Source: Neocallimastix sp. 'constans'
Taxonomy: Eukaryota
Assembly: GCA_050613775.1 (NCBI GenBank)
Contig: JBODTK010000153.1
Span: 248,001 to 312,000 of the forward strand
DNA: 64,000 bases
Reading direction: 5' to 3'
Both the position numbers and the translations under genes were made by a program. Below, in pieces: positions 22,582 to 35,435 of the stretch (the stretch's first letter is position 1; each line of letters opens with the position of its first letter). The notes beneath the pieces are model-generated. The model saw only the letters and a list, made by a program, of their open reading frames with translations. It did no database searches and was not told the DNA's origin.

Positions 22582-25500
22582 AACCAAAATAATATAATAT
22601 TCAATATTAACAAAAACAAAATTAAAAACATCAACAAAAACCAAAATAATATAAAAAATATTAAAAAACATAATAAAAAAAGGAAAAACGACAGATGTAA
22701 TTATTGTGGAAAAATGGGACATTATTATAATGAATGTCTTTTTAGAAATAATAATAACAATAACAATAAATATAAAAAAAATAAATATAACAATAAATTT
22801 AAATACACAAATAAAAGAAAATTAAATAAAAAAGTAATAAGAAAAAATATTAATTTTATTAATATCGACAAAAACAATTCTAATTACAACACAAACTATG
22901 CTGATTATTTCTCCAATGATTATAATTCAGATAATCCAAATGAAATTAATTATATATCAAAGCCAATAATAAATACAATTAATAATTCATCAAAACGCAA
23001 TTCAATATCTTGCTGGATTCTTGACTCTGGAGCATCAATTAACATTACCAATAATATCAACTTATTATCAGATATAAAAAATTGTAATGAATACATACAA
23101 CTTGCCAATGGTAAATCTATACTTTCAAAACAAATTGGAAATTTCAGAGGATTTATTAATAATAATGAATTTATCATTAAAAATGTATATTTCTCTAAAG
23201 AAATCAACAAAAATTTAATATCAGTTTGTCAACTAACTCAGCAAAATTATAAAATAATTTTTAATACAATTAATAATAAACCATGTGCAATTATTTATGA
23301 TAAAAATGGAAAAAGAATATATAACTCTTATTCCAATAATTCAAACACTTTTAAAGTATGGATTTTAACTCACAAATTTAATTCATCAAATAATGAAATT
23401 AATATTGCAAATCTAAAATCATCTGAAAAACTCAGCTTGTGGCATCGAAGACTTGCACATTTCAACATCGAAAATATAAAAACTAAATTACTAAAAATTA
23501 ATATTCCCATCAAATGTCCATTATGCAGCTGTTCCAAGTTAAAAAATAAACCATACAAACCAGCTATAAATAAATCAAAACATATATTTGAACTCATACA
23601 TATGGACTTGGTAGGCCCAATTTCAACTTCATTATACGGAAATTCTTATTTTCTTTCTATACTGGATGATTTTTTCTCGTTTCAGTTGGGTTCTTTTCTT
23701 AAAAAATAAAAACGATACATTTACTTTATTTTATTTTTGGTTCACTAAAATTAAGAATCAATTCAATACCAGAATCAAATATATTCGTTCAGATAATGGA
23801 ACTGAATTCAAAAATAAATACTTCAGCAAATTTTGTTTACAATACGGTATTCAACATCAATTTACAATACCGTATAATCCTCAACAAAATGGCCGTGTGG
23901 AACGTCTAAATGGCACATTAATTAATGCTACCAAAGCACTATTAAATGATGCCAAATTAAGCCATCACTTCTGGGAAGATGCAATTAACACAGCAAATTT
24001 CATCCACAATTTACTCCCACATAAAGGAATCAATAATAAAATCCCCTACGAAATTATTTACAATACTAGATTCGATTATTCAAAACTTAAAGTATTTGGT
24101 TGCAAAGTATTCTTTTTCATTCCAAAAAGGTCCCGTAGTAAATTTGATAACAATACTCTTCCAGGAATATTTCTCGGTTATAGTCAAAATACTCCTGCTT
24201 ACAAAATTTATGACACTACCAATAAGAAAATTATCCTTTCGCGTACTGTTGAATTCTTTGAGAATTATCCAGGTAATAATTACACTAATTTTTGTTCACC
24301 ATTGCAATACAATTTAATTCCCAATAACGAAATCAGGGAGAATATAACCTATTTCGATAAATAGTTATAATAATATCAATAGTAATTCAAAGTCTTACAA
24401 CCCTTCGGAATTCTATAACAGCATTCCTATACCCAATTTCCCAAGTAATAATATCTCTAATCTATTCAACAAAAATTTGATAAATAATAACAACATTAAA
24501 ATTAAAAGAAAATACAATAAAAGAAAAAATAATAACATCGACCACGATAACAATAATATTGGTAAGTATAACAATAATATTATTAATAATTATAACTATA
24601 TTAACGATAGTAAGAATGATAGAAATAATAATAGTAATAATAATAACAATAATAGTGAAAACAATAATTACAATAATAGCAATAATAATAATAATAATAA
24701 TTATGATAACAACAATAGTAACAATAACAGTAATAAAAAAATTGATAACCACATTAATAATAATATTGATAATATTGACAATAGTATTGAAAATAACATT
24801 AACAATAATACTGATAATAGTATTGAAAATAATACTGGAAATAATATTAATAATAACAATAGTGAAAATAAAAATAAAAATAATAACCTTAATACTAGTA
24901 ACAATATTAACAATAATAAAAATAATAATATAAAAAATAATGACATTAACATGTCAACCAGCACTATGAAGAACATAACAGATAATAGACAAACTAATCA
25001 TTTATACAATAATAATTATAATATCAATGATAATATTAAAATCTATAACATTATCAATAATAACAATTATAAAATAAATAACAACCAAGATAATGTAAAC
25101 GATAATAAAAATAACCAAATAAACATATATACAAATACGAAAAGAAAAATTAATAACTATGATAATACTATTTCAAATAAAAGACCAAAAAGAGATATTA
25201 TTGAACCAACAACTTATAAGGAAATTTTTAACCTTCCAGATAAAAAGGAATGGATTGATGCTGTAAAAGAAGAATTAAAAATATGAAAAATTTAGAAGTA
25301 TTCAAAACTGTCAAAAATATTCCAGAAGGTGCAAACTTAATTTCATATCGATGGATCTTTAAATATAAGAAAAATGCAGAAGGTAAAATAGTAAAAAGAA
25401 AAGCAAGACTAGTGGCAAAGGGATGTACTCAGAAGCAAGGAATAGATTATCATGACACCTTTGCCCCAACATTAAAGCACGATTCCATAAGAATATTAAC

Positions 25501-26736
25501 AGCAATTGCCACCAAAAATAATTTTAATATTGAACAAATTGACATCAATGCAGCATACCTCAATGCAAGGTTAAAAGAAGAAATATATATGAAAGCTCCA
25601 GAAGGACATCCTGATTTCAATAAAAATTATTTAAAACTAAACAAAGCCATATACGGATTGAAACAAAGTGGATTAGAGTGGAATAACGAACTAAACAATT
25701 ATCTTATTAAAATTGGTTTTAGAAGATTATTTAGCAAACCATGTCTATATGTGAAAGAAGATAAGAGGAAATCTATCATATGCATACTTGGAGTTTATGT
25801 TGATGACATTTTGATTGCAGGAAATAAAGGTGAAATTATATTAGTTAAAAAACAAATAAAAAATAAATTTAAAATAAAAGAAATAGGAATGTAGATTTCA
25901 TTATTGGTATTAAATTTATAAAACATACTAATGGATATTTTTTGAATCAAAAAAGATATATTTTAGAAATTATAGAAAATTTTAATATAAAAAATGAATA
26001 TCCAATTAGAAATATGAAACCAATAGAAAATAAAAATCTTAGAAGTATCAAATGTAATGAAACATTATACAGAAGTGCGATAGGAAACTTACTTTACTTG
26101 GCCATTTGTACTCGCCCAGATATAATTTTCCCTGTGAGCAAGGCTGCTAGAAAATCAAATAATCCAAACATGGAGGATTGGGAAAATATTCTAAGGATAA
26201 TGAGATACTTGAAAGGTACAATCACTTATGGACTAAATTAAACAAGGAAATGGGACATAGAAGCTTATGTTGACTCAGACTTTGGCGGTGATGAAAAGAC
26301 AAGAAGGTCAACGACTGGGTATATCCTTAGTATAGGGAATACACCTACAAGTTGGTGTTCAAAATTCCAACGATGTGTTTCTACCTCTACAACGGAATCC
26401 GAATATTATAGTTTAAGCGAGTGCAGTAAACATTGTATGTGGTGTTTAAATCTGTTAAATGAAATGAATTATGATGTTGAAAATATTACAATAAATGTAG
26501 ATAATAAAGGGACAATTTACAATAGTAAAAATCAATCAATTAATCCTAAAACTAAACATATTGATATAAGATACCACTACATAAGAGAACTAATAAATGA
26601 TAACAAAATTAAATTAAGATATGTTAAATCAGAACACAATTTAGCGGATGGATTTACAAAATACCTAAATAGCACTCTAATGGACAAATTCAGAAATTCC
26701 TTATTAACTAAACAAGAAGATTTAAAAATTTATTAA
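22582..26736 (+). pseudogene. Copia gag C-terminus and pol (PR, IN, RT, RNase H) with frameshifts and stops
   Basis: CNYCGKMGHYYNEC, WILDSGAS, LWHRRLAH..CPLCSC, IRSDNGTEF, PQQNGRVERLN, KARLVAKG, VYVDDILI, TKHIDIRYHYIRE, NLADGFTK. Frameshifts near 23670 and 25283; stops at 24362, 25892 and 26239. Confidence 0.95.
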
Positions 26737-26784
26737 AACTAAACTTGCAAATATAACATTCAAGAAGTTATATTTGAGGGAGAA

Positions 26785-27027
26785 TGTTAAAATAAAGAAA
26801 TAGATATTTTAATATACACATGACATTACTTATATTAAATATAAATTAAATAAATAGTTATAATGAATATGTTAATAATATTATATATTAAAGAAAAGTA
26901 TAAAAAGATGTAAATTGTACTAAATAAATAATATCAATTATGAACATAACTAATATAAAATAAAATATTACTAAAATAAAATACTTTGTTATGCATTAAA
27001 ATTATTTTCCATTTTTGTGTTTTAAAA
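26785..27027 (+). repeat. Copia 3' LTR
   Basis: Follows polypurine tract GAGGGAGAA; direct repeat of 8973-9215. Confidence 0.95.
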
Positions 27028-27349
27028 GTTTGTTTATTATATGGAAATACAATAATTTACATTAATTTAAAATACTTTTATAATTATATTAAAATTCATG
27101 TTAACATATATATATACTATATCATTTACTTTATTATATAATTTATTTGTTGCTAAATTCAGTTTTTATATTAATTTCATATCAATATCTTATTTAATTT
27201 ATTATATCATATTATATATTATTATTTCAATGCATATTTATATATTTTATTTTATTTCGATTGATACTTGCAATTTATTATAATTCACATATTTATTTTA
27301 TTTATTTTATTTTATTAGTACTTGTATTTTTATTATAATTCAAATAATT

Positions 27350-27633
27350 TTTTTATTTTATTTTATTTTATTTTATTCAATCTGTACTCTATATTCATAT
27401 TCTACTATTTATTTTATTTTATTTTATTCAATCTGTACTCTATATTCATATTCTACTATTTATTTTATTTTATTTTATTCAATCTGTACTCTATATTCAT
27501 ATTCTACTATTTATTTTATTTTATTTTATTCAATCTGTACTCTATATTCATATTCTACTATTTATTTTATTTTATTTTATTCAATCTGTACTCTATATTC
27601 ATATTCTACTATTTATTTTATTTTATTTTATTA
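27350..27633. repeat. 51-bp minisatellite, 5 copies (same unit as 44255-44870)
   Basis: CAATCTGTACTCTATATTCATATTCTACTATTTA(TTTTA)n with period 51. Confidence 0.95.
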
Positions 27634-28078
27634 TAATACATAAATATCATTACAAATATTTAAATGTTTATTTGAAATATTTATTAAAAAAATGAAATAT
27701 ACAATAAATATATTTTTAAAAAACATAATAATTTAATAATTGGTTTATTTTATAAAAATTTTTTATTTATTTATTTATTTATTCACTACTATATAAAATA
27801 AAAATAAGGCGAAATGCAATACATTCATATTTTTAATATTTTATAATATTTTATAATACTAATATATAATAATAAAGATATCTTTTAATATATTTTCATT
27901 TAATAATATTTAATAAATAGTAAAAAATATTTAAAATAAATTTATAAAAAAATTTTTTTTAAAATTTTTTAAGCTAACCTATCAATAAATATTAAATAAA
28001 TTTCAATATTGAATTTCTTATTAAATAAAAAAATCTAATTATCAATTAATTAATTGTAATTATGATTTTGAAAGGATT

Positions 28079-29517
28079 TTAATAATTATTTTTATTTGGA
28101 TTTATTAAAATTAATGATTTTATTATTAATCTAACTAAAAAATTAAACCAATTTTCGATGATATCATTTTTACTACATCCAATATTTTTTAATTCGGCTT
28201 CCATATTTTTATAATATTCAACTAAAATATTAATTTCATCAATCCTTTCTGATATTCTTCTCTTTTTTCTCCAAATTCCTCTAATTCTCATTTGGTAATC
28301 ATAGTAAGATATGGATTCTTCAAATTGTATTGTATATATTAATTTATAAAATGAAGGTTTTTTTTACAAATAAGATTCTGAAGCATTATTTGTTATGTGG
28401 TCTATATTGTTGTAATAATTCCAATATTTTATATTATAGATATTTAGAAATGTTTTCTCAAAATAATCTAAAAAATTCAAAAATTGGGAACAGGTAGATT
28501 CATATCTCTTGCATGTAATTTTAATTTTATTAAAAATATCAGGTATGTATTCAATATTAATAAAACATAAATTAGAAATGGCTTTATAATAAGTATTTAA
28601 AATATTATGATCTTTCACATCCTTGTAACATAATTTATTTTTTTTCTTTATTAATAATCTTTTATATTGCCAAATACAATATTTAATATTTATATTGGGA
28701 AAAATATTTTCCACGGCATTAGATATTCCTTTTCCAAAATCACAATGAAAAATTTTTTCTGAGAAATTAATATTTGAATTATATTTAATTATATTTTTTT
28801 TATTTCATTAAATAATATTTCATAAGTTATTTATTCTTTGTTTTTTAATATTGACATGGAAGTAGTGTAAAAGCAATTTAATTCTATAACATAAGTTCTG
28901 GTAATAAATACTTGATAACTATTAGTTGGAGCTATTAAAAATGTACCATCAGCAAATATATGTTTATTCTCCATAAATAATTATGCTTGGAATGGTGATT
29001 GAAAATTATTATATTAGAATTTTTGAATATCATAAAGTATTCACCTCTTATTGTTTTATAATATTCAGATTCATTAGGAGCTTCATCAAATGTTTTTATA
29101 TTAGGAAATAATTGTTTATTTTTATATCTTGTTATTTGAGTTTTAATTGTTTTATATTCAGGGCAAATATATCCTATTTCTTGAGAAATTTTATCAAATA
29201 TACGTTTCGATTTTATATCAGAAGGAATTAAACTTTTTTTTATTTCATCTTTAATTTTATGTTTTATTAATGATTTGGATGCATTAATTTCATTACCAGG
29301 ATGGTTATGTGAAGATTCATAATTTAAAACCTCTTTATTATCATTTAAAATAATAAAAAACTTAACATTTATTTAATGTTTTATATTCAGTACATCTATT
29401 TATTTTTGTATTATCTTTTTTTAATTTTGAAAAATTATATTTAAACTTTCTATATATAATTATTTGCTCTTTTCCTCGATTTGTTTCACTTATATCAATT
29501 TTTGGATTTCCCTCCAT
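28079..29517 (-). pseudogene. MULE transposase pseudogene
   Basis: MEGNPKIDISETNRGKEQII, FADGTF, FHCDFGKG, YCIWQY, TNNASES; several frameshifts; paralogous to 6388..7842. Confidence 0.88.
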
Positions 29518-29939
29518 CAAAATTTTCAATATAAATATTAATAAATATGAAAATATTTATTTTTTATTTTTTATTTAATATGTATTTTCAATTTTTTTAA
29601 AAATTACAATTATAAATATAAATAAATATGAAAATATTTTATTTTATTTCAAGAAAATTACTAAAAAAATATTTATCTTTTCTTTTTTTTTATTTTATTT
29701 TTTTATTATAAAATAAAATATTTATTTAATTATTATTTATTTATTTATTTATTTATTTATATAATAAAAAATTACAGTTATAAATATAAATAAATATGAA
29801 AATATTTTATTTTTTTTTTTTTTTTTATTTTATATTTTTTTTATTTTTTCTTATCAAATATATATAAAATTATGAAATTATTATAAAATAAAATATTTAT
29901 TTAATTATTATTTATTTATTTATTTATATAAAAAAATTC

Positions 29940-30866
29940 TAACATTATAATTTTTCAATCACCATTCCAAACAGAATTGTTTATTAAATACAACGAAAAT
30001 ATGTTTGCTGATGGTACATTTTATGTTGCACCAATATTTGGTTATCAAGTGTTTATAACAAGAATATATGCTCCAGAAATAAATAGTTTTTACACTACAT
30101 CACTATCTATATTAAATAATAAAGAACAAGCAACCTATAAACTGTTATTTGAAGAATTAAAAAAGAATGCAAGTAAATATAATAATAATATTATAGTTAC
30201 ACCAAAAATTTTGCATTGTGATTTTGAAAAAGGTATATCCAATGCTGCCATTAAAATATTTCCTAATATTACTATTAAATATTGTGTATGGCATTATAAA
30301 AGATCGTTAGAAATTCAAAAAAACAAATTATGTTATAATGAAGTTGAAAGTAATCATAAAATTTATTTGTTTTATAAAGCTATTACAAATTTTCCTTTTA
30401 TAAATCCTGAACATATATTTGATATTTATAATTATATTAAAATTATATGTCAAATATATAATTATTTCCATTTTTTAAATTTTTTGGAATATTTTAATAA
30501 GACTTATTTATATAAATATGATATTCAATATTGGAATTATTATAATGATATAAACCACATAACAAATAATGCTTCAGAATCTTTTAACAATTACTTAAAA
30601 AATTGTTTTACAAAAAACCTTCTTTCTGTGAATTAATTTATCATTTAAAAAGAGAAGAATTTTATCTTACTATAATTACAAAAGGAAAATTGAAGGAGTT
30701 TGGAAAAAAAAAAAAAGAAGAAGAATATTAACAAAAACTGATGAAATCAATGATTTAATTAAAAAATACAAAAAAAAAGGAATCCGAATTAATTGATAAA
30801 AAATGTGATAAAAATGTTATCATTAATTTATGGTATAAATATTTATTAGAATTAAACAAGCTCTAA
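29940..30866 (+). pseudogene. MULE transposase, 5'-truncated
   Basis: FADGTFYVAP, LHCDFEKG, YCVWHY, TNNASESFN. A right TIR-like end CGAAATGCACCACATTCC lies at ~31388-31405. Confidence 0.88.
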
Positions 30867-31739
30867 ATTTATAAATAATAATTAATTAGAATATATATAG
30901 CTTAAATTATATTAATATCAATATCAATATATTTTAATAATATCAATATCATTATATTTTATTAATATCAATATCATTATATTTTATTAATATCAATATC
31001 ATATTTTATTAATATCAATATCAATATTTAAATTTTATTAATAATAAATATTAAAATAAATTTTATTTTATTATTTAAATAATTTAATAATAAAATATAA
31101 AATTTTATTTATTTTATTTAAATAAAATAAAATGGAAAGGTTTTATTATTAAATATTTAATAATAAAATATAATAATAAAATGAAAATTAAATAATTGAA
31201 AATAAATAAAAATAAAATAAAATTCTTAACAGAAAATTTATTCTTTTATTTATTATTTTTTTTAGTTTTTATTTTATTTTTTTAATGCTAAAATACAATA
31301 AATAAAAATATACATTGAAAGTTGTGGCGTATTACATTATTTATACTCATTGTACAAATATTTATGCTGATTATACATAAATTATGTCGAAATGCACCAC
31401 ATTCCTATCCCCCTCCAAATTAAACCTGTATCACTATCAATATCATATAATTATTAAGCATAAAATATAACATTATACACCACATCAATACTCAACAGTT
31501 ATAACCAAATATAGTTATATTGAAATAATTTCTAAATTATAAAGTTTTTAAATCTTAATATTTTTATTTCTTTATTTCAATTTTAAATATTTAATTTTAT
31601 TCAATATTAAAATATTTTATTTAATATTTTATTTTGTTAAATATTTTTTTATTTTATTTAACAATATATTAAATTATTTCATTCAATATATTATTTTACT
31701 TTATTTTTTTTTTATTTTATTAGATGATTTAATAATTTA

Positions 31740-31975
31740 TTTTTTTCAATATTTTATTTTTTTCAATATTTTATTTTTTTCAATATTTTATTTTTTTCAA
31801 TATTTTATTTTTTTCAATATTTTATTTTTTTCAATATTTTATTTTTTTCAATATTTTATTTTTTTCAATATTTTATTTTTTTCAATATTTTATTTTTTTC
31901 AATATTTTATTTTTTTCAATATTTTATTTTTTTCAATATTTTATTTTTTTCAATATTTTATTATTTTCAATATTT
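31740..31975. repeat. 17-bp tandem repeat
   Basis: (ATTTTATTTTTTTCAAT)n, about 13 copies. Confidence 0.9.
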
Positions 31976-33509
31976 TGTTTTTTTTATTATTTAATTTTAT
32001 TAAATACTTTATTTTATTCAGTGTATGACAATATATTTAAGGTTCTATATTTTATTTTTATAAAGTTTTTTATTATTTTTTTTTATTAATAATTATTAAT
32101 GTATTAAAATTATTCATAATATATAAACCATTATATTAATACTTTAAAATTTTATAAGATGATAATTTCATTATATATTATTAATTTTTAAGTTATTTTA
32201 TTACTAAAATAAACCAAAAAAAAAAAAAAAAAAATAAATGAAATAAAATAAAAATATATATTTAAATTAAAATAAAAATAAAAATAAAGAAAACTGAAAT
32301 AATAAAAAAAAGGTATCCTATTCATTTGTTTATATTTTGTAAAGTCATAAAAAAAATTTTATATTGTGTTGTGATATTAACTGTCAATATAATTGGCTAG
32401 AATAAAATTTTCTTAAAAGCTTATTTTTTCTTATTATATTTAATTTTTTATCATTTTAATTTATATTCTGGGGAAAAATATAATTAAAATAGAAATATAT
32501 GATTAAAAATATTAATTATTATTAATTTTAAGATAAATTTAATTTCCTTTTTCATATGATGATTATTCTCTCCTATATTAAGCATAAATTATTTCGGAAT
32601 TTTTCAAAATTTAAATGAAAATAAAATATATATATAGACTATGAATATATTATTTTTATAAGAGAGTCTAAAATTCTAATATAATATTGTTATATCATAA
32701 TATGATATTTTAAAATAAATTTGATATAATAATTATAATGAAATTTTATTTTTGTATAAATAATTTCTTATTTTTTTACTGACCTTTTTTTAAGACCTAA
32801 TTGTTATTTATTATTTATATAAATATATAATTTTATATTTATTTATATTATTTTTTATATATTAATCTTATATTGAAATTATTTTTATTTTTTTGTATTA
32901 TGTTTTGATTCATGATTTTTTTAATTTTTTTTTCTTAATGTTACATATTACACGTGTAGATTTCATTAGTTATAATTTTTTTAAAAAACTTTTTTTTTAG
33001 TACTTAATATATTATTCATTAAATTATTTTTAATTAATTATATTTAACTAAATTCTTATTTATTTATTTATTTATTTATTATTTCTTATTTATTTATTTA
33101 TTTATTTATTATATAATATATAATAGATAAGAAAAATTAGTCAAATAATAGTATTTTATAACTTTTATATATATATATATTAATTTTATTATCATTGAAA
33201 TTTCAATAAAACCGAAAATAAACATTATAAATCTACATAATTATTAATAATTTTTTTATCTTTATAATATTATTATTAGTTATTAATTATATTTATTTTA
33301 TTATTATGAAAACTTATTTCATTTGATTTAAAGGATAGAGCTTTAAAAAAATTTTATTCTATATTTATATTTTTATATTAACATTTATTTAAATAAAGCT
33401 AAAATCTTATTTATAAAAAAATTCATAAAAATGAACTTTAATTTAAATATACAAATGCCAAGAGTTTTTTATTTAGTTTTAAATAATATTTAAAATCATT
33501 ATTATTTTA

Positions 33510-33624
<115 letters not shown>

Positions 33625-33994
33625 TTCATTCATTCATTCATTCATTATTTAATTTATTGTTATTAGAAATTAATCACAGTAATGGCTAATAAACATTAAA
33701 ACCGTGCTTATTTAATATAGCTATATTTTAATAATTTATTTAGCAGAAATTTAATGTTGGTAATAGTTGATCTCTTTTTTTCATCTTTAATCAATTTATT
33801 TTTTAATTCATGATAAATTTATTGGTTGAAAATGAATTTTGGAATTTAAAAATCCCTTTTGAAAGTTTATGAAACTAATCTCTTTAATTAAAAAAAAAAA
33901 AAACTTTAATTTATATATATATAATAAAATTTAATAAAATTATAAACTAAACAAAGAAAAAACAAAATAAATTGTTTTTTAATTTTTATTTTCT

Positions 33995-34025
<31 letters not shown>

Positions 34026-35435
34026 AAGAATAAAAATAATTATAATATATTATATTATACTATAAAAAAAAATAGTATTCTCTATTAATATATTATTATT
34101 AGAGAAAAATGTATTTTTTTTATAATTAATATATATATTAATATATTCTAAATATATTCATAATATTCAATATAGCATGAATGCAAATACAGAAATAATT
34201 TGATAGAAATTATAAATGAATTTTTTGATCTGTAAATTTCAATAATACATAAAGTAAATAAATTAACTCTAATATATATATGAAAAATAATACTTATATA
34301 AAGATATGTTAAAAATTAAATTTAAAAACTAGTAGTTATAAAACCTAAATATTTTAGTTATAATCATTCTGTGAATTAATCTACCATATATAATAAGTTT
34401 ATATAATTAATATATTGAAATTATTTAATAATAAAATTAATAATATTTCATATAAAAAATTAAATATATTAACTTTTATTTTTCATATATCTAACCATTA
34501 CAGACCAAGGAATAAAAAAAATTATATATATACTATTAATTTCTGATAAATAAATTTTAAAAAAATATATTTAAAATGAATTTCAATTTTTCTTTATTGT
34601 TATAAAAGATAATATGAGTAGTTTTATAATTAATATTTTTCTGAATAAATATTATATAAATAAATAAGCAAAAGTTTAATAAATTTTAAAATTTAATAAT
34701 AATAATAATAATATCCGTTCTTTTAATCATTTAATTTTTTTTATTATATATGTTTTTACTTTGAAATGTTTTTCAAACTTTTGAATTTAAATTAAAAAAA
34801 ATTAATATTAATAATAATAATAATAATAATAATAGCAGTAGTAAAAATAAAAATACAATAATAATAATAATAAATATATAAAAATTTTATATATCGATAT
34901 AATAAAAAGCTAATTTTTAATTTTAATAAAAATGAATATAAATACTAAGGAATTTAATTTTTATTTTTTATATTTTATTTTTAGTTTATGTTAATATTTT
35001 AATATGCCATAATTAATTTATATCTTACTATAAATATAATAATTATTTAAATCATTAAACTTTCTATTATTCAGTTTTTATATATTGAATATTATTTTTA
35101 AATAAATTATTAATAATATTTAATTTAAATAATACATAATATTTAAAATAAAATAAAATATACTTAAAAATTATAATAAAAATAAATTTGAAAAATTATT
35201 ATTTAAAAATTTATTAACACTTATAAGTTTATAAATTATTATTCTCTTATTCATATATAACAATAAGAATAATAATATATAATTTATTATATAAACTACA
35301 AGAAATTTAAAGCAATAATAATAATAATTCTATTCATTTCACCAAAAAATATATTTTAAATAAATAATATATTAAATTTTATTTAATAAACTTTATTATA
35401 TATCAAATGAATTTTAGATTTAAAATATTATAAAA

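Larger units (their letters stand above)
8973..27027 (+). mobile_element. Ty1/Copia LTR retrotransposon (full span, containing nested insertions)
   Basis: Two 243-bp LTRs (8973-9215 and 26785-27027) differ at about 2 positions. TSD GTTTG lies at 8968-8972 and 27028-27032. Polypurine tract GAGGGAGAA precedes the 3' LTR. Domain order is gag-PR-IN-RT-RH. Confidence 0.95.

Noticed and set aside
24462..24976. Ile/Leu-rich ORFs overlapping the Copia linker; likewise 37351..37575, 39061..39348 and 51480..51959
   Set aside because: Alternative-frame or antisense shadows of Asn and Asn-Ser repeats.
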